Assembly (NCBI GenBank): GCA_965222115.1
Contig: CBDCTJ010000007.1
Location: 2,848,001-2,912,000 of the forward strand
Origin: Planctomycetota bacterium
Lineage (GTDB): Bacteria > Planctomycetota > PLA2 > JAEUHO01
Reading direction: 5' to 3'
Length of the DNA stretch: 64,000 nucleotides
In this document: positions 27,971 to 36,624 of the stretch, piece after piece
How the letters are laid out: each line of letters begins with the position of its first letter
Position numbering within the stretch: position 1 is the first letter of the stretch
Translations under genes and position numbers: made by a program
The notes under the pieces: generated by a model
Databases searched by the model: none
What the model was told of the DNA's origin: nothing
The model's input: only the letters and a program-made list of their open reading frames with translations

Positions 27971-29653
27971 ATGAAGACGCTGACCACGCTGCTCACCTGT
28001 ATTGCACTCTTCGCGCCCCTCCCGGCCTCGGCCAAAGACGAGGTTTCATGGAAGACAACCAGCAAGGCCGTAAAGAAACTCTGGAAGACGCCCGGTAAGA
28101 TGGGGTCGAAGGAGAAGCTTGTGGAGGCCCTCCGTGCTGTGGGACACGGCGACGCGGTCAAACTCATGGCCGACTGGTACTTGCGATCGGGCACGTGGTC
28201 CACCAAGACTCTCATACCGGCCCATGTCGAGGCTGTGCAGAAGGTCGAGGATCATCAACGAACGTCGGGGTCAGGGCCGGGAAAAACGGTCAAGGCGAGT
28301 GTGATGAAAACGTGGAAGGCGCTCTGCAAGATGCGTGACGCCGCCAAAATGCATGTGGACACCGAGCGAGCGCTACGGCGACGTTTGGCAGGCGCAATTG
28401 CAGGCGTGAGCGACAAGCAGGGCACGGCTTGGCTCGCCGACCATCTTGCACCCAAGTTGCGAAAAAAGAAAAAGGACCCCCATGGCGCGAGGCTACGCGT
28501 GGCCATCATGCGCTGCCTCTCGACCAAACCTGTAGATCAAGTGGGGACGTGGGTGTTGCAGGCGGCGGGCGACGACGCCGATCCCAAAGAACGCGCATTG
28601 GCATATCACTACCTGGCAACAAACAAAATGTCGGGTGGCATCGCTGTGATCGCCAAGGGACTTACGAAACCGGATGGCATAACGGCGCGCTCCGCCGTCG
28701 CCGCACTGCAAGTCTACAATGACCCAAATGCCGTCAAGCCGCTCATTGATGCACTCGAGAACGCATCGCCATTCTTGGGAAATCAGATCGAGGCTGTGTT
28801 GCATTGGTACACGGGCAACCACTTCAATGCCGTGGCCGACATTTGGAAACAGTGGTGGGCGCGGGAAGGCGAGGCGTGGCTGGCGTCGGCGGGAGCCAAA
28901 ACAGATCGCCACAAAGCGAGGCGTAAGGAAAAGCAACACACCGGCACGCGCGCAACCTTCTATGACATCCCCACACAGAGTCAGGCCATCGTCTTTGTGC
29001 TCGATCGATCCGGGAGTATGAAGGACAAGGCGGGCGAAAAGACACGCGCACGCAAGGCGAAGCTGCCGCCCAAGGGACCTACCACGGGCGGACCCAAGAA
29101 GAAGAAGGGAGAGCCGGGGAAGGTCTATCAACCCCTGGCGGGCGATACGCGACTTGCTGTGGCCAAGTCTCAATTGACGCGCTCGATTCAAAACCTCGAT
29201 CGCGACGTAGCGTTTGCCCTCGTGTTTTATAGCACCGACGTCAAAGTGTGGCAGCCCGCGCCAGACATGCGCGCCGCTACGCCACCCGACAAGGCCGATG
29301 CCATCAAGTGGTATTCAGAACTCAAGCCCGAAGGTTCGACACAGTTGTTCGATGCGCTCATGACCGCACTGAAGTACGCGGACGTTCCGACCAAGAAGTC
29401 GAAGAAGAACAAGGCGGCCAAGGGTGGCGCCAACACCATATTCCTACTTTCCGATGGTTCCCCCACCGACCCTTCGGGACAACCACTAAAGCCCGGAAAA
29501 ATGGAAGAGCAGTTGCAGGCGTTTCTAAAGGCGAACGAGGTCTATCGCTGTGTCGTGCACACGATTGGCGTCGGCCCAAGTCACAATCGCTCGCTCTTGC
29601 AACGCATCGCACGCGCGACGGGTGGGGAGTATCGAGGCGTGGGGATGGATTAA
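27971..29653 (+). CDS. Secreted HEAT-repeat and VWA domain protein
   Basis: Signal peptide; HEAT repeats (AVKPLIDALE); W..WW motif; FVLDRSGSM and IFLLSDGSP. Confidence 0.85.
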   Translation: MKTLTTLLTCIALFAPLPASAKDEVSWKTTSKAVKKLWKTPGKMGSKEKLVEALRAVGHGDAVKLMADWYLRSGTWSTKTLIPAHVEAVQKVEDHQRTSGSGPGKTVKASVMKTWKALCKMRDAAKMHVDTERALRRRLAGAIAGVSDKQGTAWLADHLAPKLRKKKKDPHGARLRVAIMRCLSTKPVDQVGTWVLQAAGDDADPKERALAYHYLATNKMSGGIAVIAKGLTKPDGITARSAVAALQVYNDPNAVKPLIDALENASPFLGNQIEAVLHWYTGNHFNAVADIWKQWWAREGEAWLASAGAKTDRHKARRKEKQHTGTRATFYDIPTQSQAIVFVLDRSGSMKDKAGEKTRARKAKLPPKGPTTGGPKKKKGEPGKVYQPLAGDTRLAVAKSQLTRSIQNLDRDVAFALVFYSTDVKVWQPAPDMRAATPPDKADAIKWYSELKPEGSTQLFDALMTALKYADVPTKKSKKNKAAKGGANTIFLLSDGSPTDPSGQPLKPGKMEEQLQAFLKANEVYRCVVHTIGVGPSHNRSLLQRIARATGGEYRGVGMD

Positions 29654-29784
29654 ATCTCCCTGCGTATCCGCTCTATTGTCCCTAAAATCCCGTCGCCGAA
29701 TCTGAATCCTTCGCCTAGCCCGTTCCCCATTGGCGGTGCGTGTAGTTGATCTCACGCAAAGATAGGAATCGGGTCAGGGTTGGC

Positions 29785-31026
29785 CTACAGATTGAGATTC
29801 AGATGAGGGAAGAGCAGGCTAGTCACCATACTCCGGAACGACAGGCGTCTCTTTGGGGGAATCTTCTTCTCGGGTTCATCCCCGTACTCAGGGGTTGGCG
29901 TGTCACTTGGCGTATCGCCATACTCGGGCGTTGTATAACCTGGATTCGTATCACCAGGTTTTTCGTCGCCGTAATCGGGGCCTGAACCGTACTCGCCATA
30001 CGTCGTGCCACCTTTGGACGCACCGCTACCCCAGCCCTGATTCCCTTTTCCGCCATCGGTCAACGAGGGAATGCCATCCCATAACTCCACGACGTGATCG
30101 CCGGACACGCGCAGGGTTCGCGGCAGACGTCTGTAAAGGGGTCGAATCAGCGCAAGCGGCGCATGGCGCAGGTAAAATGTGGGGCTGAACTCGGCATGGA
30201 TCATCTTGACGTCGTCTTCGCTGGTTGGCGTCATGAGGACAAGTTGAGGACGATCGGTCCCTCGAACGGTTGCCGCGTAATCATTCAGCTCGCGAAAGTG
30301 CTTTTCAATGAACGTGCGGTCATCGAGATCCGCCAACACCACCAACCAATGGCCACGATCAAGACCCACTTGAACGGTGGTCAGGCAACTGCGCTCCAAT
30401 CCTTCTCCAGCACACGTTTCCGATACGCGATCGCCCTCGTGCAATCGCGTAGCAAGGTCGTCAAAAGGCAAATCCGGAGCCATAAATGCAACGCCAGTGA
30501 GCACCGCGGCGAGCACCGCGGCGAGCCACACGCGGGCACGGGGTAGGGCACCGCCGCGCATGCCCCATATGAGTAGGAGCAGCGGCGGGACCAGGAGCAG
30601 AAGATCCATAAAGAACGCTTCTTTGGGTGTGCGGTCCACCAAATTTCCGAAGCAGCCACAGTTCTCTTCGGGCGTCCTCGCGCCGGTCTCTACGGCGTAC
30701 CACGCATGGGCGGTCAAATAGATGAAGAACGCCACAAGCAGAATGGACGGTATCACGACGGCCTTATGACGTACGCCCAGCAAGAGCGCCACGCCGAGAA
30801 AGACCTCAAGTGCGATGGCAATCAATGCCACCGCGCGTGCCGACAACAGAAAATCCAATCCCTCCAAGCGGATGGTCTCTTCAAAGCGCACGGGATCAAT
30901 GATCTTGGCGTAGGCGGCGAATAGGAGAATGCCTCCGAGCGCCACAGCACCGACGGTTCCCAAGATGTCTCGGAGGCCTGGCGAGTTCGGACGTTCACGG
31001 GTCTTGATGGCCTGCTCAAGCGTCAT
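29785..31026 (-). CDS. MauE/DoxX family membrane protein with thioredoxin-like domain and low-complexity tail
   Basis: AYAKIIDP, LEVFLGVALL and NCGCFG; GAGGAG RBS. Confidence 0.8.
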   Translation of the reverse strand: MTLEQAIKTRERPNSPGLRDILGTVGAVALGGILLFAAYAKIIDPVRFEETIRLEGLDFLLSARAVALIAIALEVFLGVALLLGVRHKAVVIPSILLVAFFIYLTAHAWYAVETGARTPEENCGCFGNLVDRTPKEAFFMDLLLLVPPLLLLIWGMRGGALPRARVWLAAVLAAVLTGVAFMAPDLPFDDLATRLHEGDRVSETCAGEGLERSCLTTVQVGLDRGHWLVVLADLDDRTFIEKHFRELNDYAATVRGTDRPQLVLMTPTSEDDVKMIHAEFSPTFYLRHAPLALIRPLYRRLPRTLRVSGDHVVELWDGIPSLTDGGKGNQGWGSGASKGGTTYGEYGSGPDYGDEKPGDTNPGYTTPEYGDTPSDTPTPEYGDEPEKKIPPKRRLSFRSMVTSLLFPHLNLNL

Positions 31027-31066
31027 CGCTAAATCTCCTCAAGAGACAAACGAACGAGAACGCTCT

Positions 31067-31072
31067 ATGGTA
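31067..31072 (-). promoter_or_regulatory. Putative -10 box (TACCAT) of the MauE/DoxX gene
   Basis: TACCAT on the minus strand about 40 nt upstream of the start. Confidence 0.35.
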
Positions 31073-31223
31073 GACCTTGCCTTTGCCACCGCACACGGTT
31101 CTCTTTCGAGGATGGGCTGGATCTCATCCTGAGGTGACGGCAACGTGACAAGGGCCGCAACAAGTGACCATTGGCAGATTGTTGGGCTAGGATTCGCCGC
31201 ACGCACCGGTTGGAGCCACCCAC

Positions 31224-32210
31224 GTGATTCGCGCACGGGACTTGAGTAAAACCTACCGTGTTCATCGCAAGGATCCCGGGCTCTGGGGGTCCGTTCGTGG
31301 GTTGATCCGCAGGGAGACGGTGGAAAAGCATGCCGTCACTGGCGTGTCGTTTCAGGTGGAGGCCGGTGAGATTCTCGGGCTGGTGGGACCCAACGGCGCC
31401 GGAAAGACAACGCTCGTGAAGATGTTGGCGGGCATTGTGCATCCCACATCGGGAACCGCGGAAGTACTCGGCTTTGATCCTTGGAAGCGACATAACGATT
31501 TTCGCCGTCAAATCGCGCTTGTCATGGGGCAGAAGGCACAGCTCTGGTGGGATCTTCCCGCTGCCGATTCATTCCTTCTGTTGCGAGAGATCTACCGACT
31601 TGAACGTGGTGCATTCAAGCGTACCTACGACGAGCTGACCGACCTTCTCGGTGTTCGAGATCAGTTGACGATTCCCGTTCGGCGCCTCAGTCTCGGCGAA
31701 CGCATGAAACTGGAACTCATGGCTGCGCTCCTTCACCAGCCGCGAGTCGTCTTTCTCGATGAGCCCACGATTGGGCTCGACTTCACCGCCCAACGCGCCA
31801 TTCGCGACTTTTTGCTGCATTACCGTGAAGTTCATCGACCGGCGATGATCCTCACGAGCCACTACATGGAGGACATCGAGCGACTCTGCCCGCGCATCAT
31901 CATCATTCGCGATGGCCAGTTTGCCTTTGACGGGCCGATCGAAGATTTGCGTGAACGTTATGCCAATCACAAGTTGATTGTTGCACGCTATCATCGCGAC
32001 ACACACGCGCCCCTCAGGGCGGCCACCCTAAGTGATCTAGGCGATGTCTGCTCCCTTGAAGATGGCGAAGTTCGCTTGCGCGTGAAACGCAACGACGTCG
32101 CGGGCGCCGCGCAAGCCTTACTGCAACGTATTCGCGTGGCGGATCTCTCCATCGAAGACGACGACATGGCATCAATCGTCGAACGCATCTATCGAGATCG
32201 CACGCCGTGA
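31224..32210 (+). CDS. ABC transporter ATP-binding protein
   Basis: GPNGAGKT, LSLGERMK, FLDEPT and TSH. Confidence 0.95.
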   Translation: MIRARDLSKTYRVHRKDPGLWGSVRGLIRRETVEKHAVTGVSFQVEAGEILGLVGPNGAGKTTLVKMLAGIVHPTSGTAEVLGFDPWKRHNDFRRQIALVMGQKAQLWWDLPAADSFLLLREIYRLERGAFKRTYDELTDLLGVRDQLTIPVRRLSLGERMKLELMAALLHQPRVVFLDEPTIGLDFTAQRAIRDFLLHYREVHRPAMILTSHYMEDIERLCPRIIIIRDGQFAFDGPIEDLRERYANHKLIVARYHRDTHAPLRAATLSDLGDVCSLEDGEVRLRVKRNDVAGAAQALLQRIRVADLSIEDDDMASIVERIYRDRTP

Positions 32211-33019
32211 ACGTGCGACTCTTCTTTCACATTATGGGCGTCGAGGCCCGCAAGGCGATGTCGTACCGCGTGGACTTTTGGATTAGCGCTGTCCTTGTGT
32301 TTGGCATCGCCCTGGGTGCGGCGTGGTTCCTGTGGAAGGCAATGTTCGCATCCGCAAATGTGACGTCGATGGGTGGATTCTCCTTTGATGCGATCATCCT
32401 CTACATGGTGGTTGTTGTGCTGCTGCAACGCGTAATCCGCAGCCCCATGGTCGACAGCACCGTGTCGGGCGACATCTACACCGGATCGCTCAATCGATAC
32501 CTCGTGCTGCCCATCCCCTATTTGCCCGCCAAGTACGCGGAACACATCGGTGCGCTGACCCCGTCCTTCATACAGCTCGGACTCTTTGGCGTAGTCGTAG
32601 CGTTCGTCTTGGGCATCCCAAGTGACGTCTCGCTCACGTGGGGCAGTGTCGCCGCATGCGTGCTGGCCGTTTTCGTAGCGCAACTTGTGTACTTCTTGAT
32701 GGACTTCCCACTCCAAGCCACGGCGTTTTGGGCCGACAACGTGTGGAGCCTTAGCGTGGCGCTTCGCATGACGACTACACTACTCGGCGGCGCGCTAATC
32801 CCCCTTACGATGTTTCCTGAATGGGCGCAATCCGCCTTGTCGTGGACACCGTTTCCGATTCTCTACCATTTGCCGGCCCAAACGCTTCTCGGCCGCGTTG
32901 ACCTGGCAACATGGGGCCGCGCGCTACTCATCGCCTGCGGGTGGATCGTGGTCCTGCGCTTCTTTTGTGCGTGGGTGTGGAATCGAGGACGTTTGCGGTA
33001 CAGCGGGGTGGGCATGTAG
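32207..33019 (+). CDS. ABC-2 family permease (DUF990-like)
   Basis: About 6 TM helices; DIYTGSLNRYLVLP and GGALIPL..FP; overlaps the ATPase stop. Confidence 0.85.
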   Translation: MNVRLFFHIMGVEARKAMSYRVDFWISAVLVFGIALGAAWFLWKAMFASANVTSMGGFSFDAIILYMVVVVLLQRVIRSPMVDSTVSGDIYTGSLNRYLVLPIPYLPAKYAEHIGALTPSFIQLGLFGVVVAFVLGIPSDVSLTWGSVAACVLAVFVAQLVYFLMDFPLQATAFWADNVWSLSVALRMTTTLLGGALIPLTMFPEWAQSALSWTPFPILYHLPAQTLLGRVDLATWGRALLIACGWIVVLRFFCAWVWNRGRLRYSGVGM

Positions 33020-33805
33020 ATGCGCTACGTTCGTCTCTACGCCCATTTCCTCCGATTCTCGTTCGTAAAGGCGATGGAGTTTCGACTCGATTTCTTCTTT
33101 CGTGTGGGTATGGACGCGCTGTGGTACGCCGTTCAACTGTTGTTCTTCGATATTCTCTTTCTACAGACCGATACGCTCATGGGCTGGACCCCGGATCAAG
33201 TGCGCCTATTTGTGGCGTCTATGTTCGTCTCCGATGCGATCCACATGACAGTGTTCGCCAACAACATGTGGTGGTTCCCCATCTTTGTGAACCGCGGCGA
33301 CCTCGACTTCTACCTCGTGCGACCGGTCTCCACGCTCTACTTCTTGAGCCTGCGCGACTTCGCGGCCAACTCGTTCCTAAATCTCTTGTTGGCGTTCGGC
33401 ATCCTGATCTATATGTTTGCGGCACACGGTGGCGACATCTCGACCGGGCGCTTGGTGCTTTATGCACTAGGACTCGGCCTCGGAGTCCTTCTGCATTACA
33501 TCTTGAAGCTCCTGTTCATGTTGCCTGTGTTTTGGATGCACCGCGCCGACGGCCTTCGCACAATCTGGTTTGGTATGGGCCCCTTCTTCCATCGCCCCGA
33601 CTCGATCTACCAAGGCTGGATTCGACGCGTGCTCACGTCGGTGATCCCACTACTCCTCATCGTCTCATTCCCCGTGCGCATTCTCTTCGACGACAATCCA
33701 TGGGCGATACTTGGCCAGATGGCCCTCACCACGTGCATCGCCTTCGCGATCATGGTCGCCGTGTGGCGCATTGCGGTACGAAGCTACAGTAGCGCTAGTT
33801 CTTAA
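33020..33805 (+). CDS. ABC-2 family permease (DUF990-like)
   Basis: GWT, GDLDFYLVRP and PDSIY; abuts the previous gene. Confidence 0.85.
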   Translation: MRYVRLYAHFLRFSFVKAMEFRLDFFFRVGMDALWYAVQLLFFDILFLQTDTLMGWTPDQVRLFVASMFVSDAIHMTVFANNMWWFPIFVNRGDLDFYLVRPVSTLYFLSLRDFAANSFLNLLLAFGILIYMFAAHGGDISTGRLVLYALGLGLGVLLHYILKLLFMLPVFWMHRADGLRTIWFGMGPFFHRPDSIYQGWIRRVLTSVIPLLLIVSFPVRILFDDNPWAILGQMALTTCIAFAIMVAVWRIAVRSYSSASS

Positions 33806-33933
33806 CGCTTAGGGCGCCACCCTACCGATTCACGCCCCTTCCTCGAGCTGAAGCTCAAATCTCGTTCCGTACCGATCCCCTTCCCTCTTAGCTTCTGACA
33901 TGCACCGCCTCCAACGCCACCCGTTATGTGCCT

Positions 33934-34728
33934 CTACTGCGCCATCACCTCACCTGTCGTCAAGTCAATCAGAAAGTCGTTCGCGTCGCCATCGGGTAGT
34001 AGCTGTGTGGCTAATAACGCTTCACTCGTACCATCGAAGGTCAAGTCGCCCTCGAGGTCACCATCATCAGATCGCACGTCCATGGAGAGTTCAGCGCTGG
34101 GATACTGGCCAGCAGGGACCGCCAAGTCGTCTAACGCAACGTCAAGCCACTGGTACTGAACTTCGCAGCTCTGTTGCGCAAACGTGATATCGCCATCGGT
34201 TGTGGCGGGAACGGCGGGGGAACCGTCACCGGGATTGCTCAAGGTCGTCGTGAGGACACCGGTGGTCATGTACGCCTGATCGATGTCGAAGCTTGTCCGT
34301 ACAACAGTCCCGTCGGGGATCTGGGCCAAGAACTGCTCGTTCGTGACGGTCCCCGCGGCAAGACCGGCGAAAAGGAGGAAGAACGTTGGCCCTGCGCCTG
34401 GAAACGTAGTCTGCCCCGTACCGTCGTCCGTCCCATCGCCATCGATGTCAAAAACCCAATTCACGCCAGGGGAAGGAATCAACACGAAACCATCCAAGCG
34501 CGCGGCGGGGGTTTGCGTAGCGCCGTCAGCGCCTATGCCTTGCAGAGCATCTAGGAGCGTCGTCCATTCGTCGAGTGTCTGCGCGGCGCACCCCGACAAG
34601 ATATCGGCGGCAATCGTCTGGGAGTCGCGTGGGGGTGTTCCGCCGCCCGGAGCACCGCCGCCACCGGACGATCCGCCGCACGCGGTGGCCATACCAGCGA
34701 ATACAAGTAGTGCAAGAACTCGAATCAT
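33934..34728 (-). CDS. Acidic lipoprotein of unknown function
   Basis: Lipobox ATA-C followed by a Gly/Ser linker; DIDGDGTDDG Ca-binding-like motif. Confidence 0.75.
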   Translation of the reverse strand: MIRVLALLVFAGMATACGGSSGGGGAPGGGTPPRDSQTIAADILSGCAAQTLDEWTTLLDALQGIGADGATQTPAARLDGFVLIPSPGVNWVFDIDGDGTDDGTGQTTFPGAGPTFFLLFAGLAAGTVTNEQFLAQIPDGTVVRTSFDIDQAYMTTGVLTTTLSNPGDGSPAVPATTDGDITFAQQSCEVQYQWLDVALDDLAVPAGQYPSAELSMDVRSDDGDLEGDLTFDGTSEALLATQLLPDGDANDFLIDLTTGEVMAQ

Positions 34729-34743
34729 GCGCGGCACTCCCGG

Positions 34744-36096
34744 CTACTCAATTTCATAGTCTTTCATCTTCTCCCACAAGTTCTTACGGGAGATACCCAA
34801 AACTTTGGCGGCGTTTGCGCGGTGCCCCTCGGTTCCACGAAGCACGCGACGGATATGATTGGCTTCCGCGGTACGCACGACTTCGCGCAACGTCACGAGC
34901 GGCCCATCACCCTGATCATCGCCGCCCTTGCGCTTGCGACGCAACGCACCTTCCAACAATAGGTCGCGCGGCAGCACCTTGTCGCTACCTACGAGCGCGA
35001 GTGCGCGTTCCACCGCATTTTCAAGCTCGCGAACGTTTCCAGGCCAACGATAGGCACACAACTCGGCCATCACCTCGGGCTCAACACTAAACTCTTCGTC
35101 GCCACTCAACTTTTCAATGAAGTGCTGCACCAGCAACGGAATGTCATCGTTGCGTTCACGAAGTGGAGGAAGGTCGATGGGAACCACATTGAGTCGGTAA
35201 TAGAGGTCTTCGCGGAATTCACCGTCATCCACCGCTTCACTGAGATCCACTTTCGTTGCAGCAATCACGCGCACATCGACGGGTATCGCTTTCTCGCTGC
35301 CCAGCGGCTCGACCTCGCCCTCCTGGAGTACTCGCAATAGCTTGACCTGCGTTTCCATTGGCATGTCGTCGATATCGTCCAGGAAGAGCGTGCCGCCATC
35401 GGCACGCTCAAAGCGACCGGCCTTGCGTTCTTTGGCATCGGTAAATGCGCCCTTCTCATGCCCAAAGATCTCGTCTTCCAACAACTGCGAAGGGATTGCC
35501 GCACACGCGAGCGGCACAAAAGCATTCTCCTTGCGGAGCGACGTGTCGTGAATTGCTCGCGCCACGCGCTCCTTTCCGGTGCCCGACTCACCGGTAATCA
35601 ATACGCGCGCATCCCGATCGGCAATGGTGCGAATGCGTTCTATGACACGCATCATGGGCGCGCTCATGCCAATCAGATTCTCGAGACCCCGTTCGCGGGC
35701 CAGTTCCTGTCGCAGTGCGTCGTTCTCGGTGCGTAGCCGACGAAACTCGCGAATCTTGCCCAGTTTTTCGAGGATCTCGCGATTGTTGAAGGGCTTTAGA
35801 ATGTAGTCAAACGCGCCCTTGCGCATGGCGTCCACCGCCGAGTCGATCGTGCCGTAGCCCGTAATCAGAATGACTTCGGCTGGCGAACGCTGGCCTTTAA
35901 TGGTTTCCAGCAACTCAAGCCCCGTCTTACCGGGCATGTTCATGTCGGTAATGACGACGTCGTACGCACCTTCTTGAAACTGAGTCAGGGCCGTGTCCCC
36001 GTCGTGGGCGACGTCCACGTCAAACCCCTCGCGCCGCAAATCATCGCTGAGTGTGATCGCGATGGCCTTTTCGTCGTCGGCAAGCAATACGCGCAA
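34744..36096 (-). CDS. Sigma-54-dependent response regulator (NtrC/AtoC family)
   Basis: REC (ADDE, TDMNMP, KP); GESGTGKE, GAFTDA, LFLDD and WPGNVREL; Fis HTH; AGGAG + TTG at 36096. Confidence 0.93.
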   Translation of the reverse strand: MRVLLADDEKAIAITLSDDLRREGFDVDVAHDGDTALTQFQEGAYDVVITDMNMPGKTGLELLETIKGQRSPAEVILITGYGTIDSAVDAMRKGAFDYILKPFNNREILEKLGKIREFRRLRTENDALRQELARERGLENLIGMSAPMMRVIERIRTIADRDARVLITGESGTGKERVARAIHDTSLRKENAFVPLACAAIPSQLLEDEIFGHEKGAFTDAKERKAGRFERADGGTLFLDDIDDMPMETQVKLLRVLQEGEVEPLGSEKAIPVDVRVIAATKVDLSEAVDDGEFREDLYYRLNVVPIDLPPLRERNDDIPLLVQHFIEKLSGDEEFSVEPEVMAELCAYRWPGNVRELENAVERALALVGSDKVLPRDLLLEGALRRKRKGGDDQGDGPLVTLREVVRTAEANHIRRVLRGTEGHRANAAKVLGISRKNLWEKMKDYEIE

Positions 36097-36142
36097 AGGG
36101 GGGACTCCTGTCTCAGCCCCCGCACCGGCACAGGGCTGTGTG

Positions 36143-36148
36143 ATTGTA
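36143..36148 (-). promoter_or_regulatory. Putative -10 box (TACAAT) for the response regulator
   Basis: TACAAT about 47 nt upstream of the TTG start, with an RBS in between. Confidence 0.45.
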
Positions 36149-36308
36149 GGGCCGCCGCCGGAATCCCGGACCAAACGGCGCCTCGAACCCACCGAGAAGC
36201 GTCCGAGCAGTGATTTCGTAGGTAGCTGCGAATTCGTAGGCACACATGCGACGCTGTCTATAGTTCTGTGTACGCATTCGCGCACCCCACCAAGGAATCG
36301 ATGCTCCC

Positions 36309-36554
36309 ATGCCACGGTCGCTCAGCTCCCTCGAATCCGCCACACTCAATGTGATTCTCACGACAATGGATGAGGCCGATGGCTGGCTCGATCTCACACG
36401 CGTGTGCAGTCGTACGGGCCGCCATCTGGCCGACGTCCGAGAATGCGTGGCGCGACTTGTACGCTACAAAATGATCGCCATCGACGAGTCGGCGCCCAAC
36501 AACAAGCGTTGGATCCGGTTTGTTCACCCAGAGGCCTCGGTTAACGAAGCGTAG
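36309..36554 (+). CDS. Small hypothetical protein, possibly winged-helix
   Basis: Fills the intergenic gap; upstream TATAGT and AAGGA; helix-helix-wing-like pattern. Confidence 0.5.
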   Translation: MPRSLSSLESATLNVILTTMDEADGWLDLTRVCSRTGRHLADVRECVARLVRYKMIAIDESAPNNKRWIRFVHPEASVNEA

Positions 36555-36624
36555 GGTTCCGCTGTGGTCGTACCCAACTCATCTCTGTGTGAGGTAATCC
36601 ATATGCAGCGAACAAGTGAAGCAA

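Noticed and set aside
30499-30522. 12-bp tandem repeat gagcaccgcggc x2
   Set aside because: Simply encodes LAAVLAAVL within a TM helix
36100-36310. Sigma-54 (-24/-12) promoter near the activator
   Set aside because: GGCAC is present but there is no correctly spaced TGC
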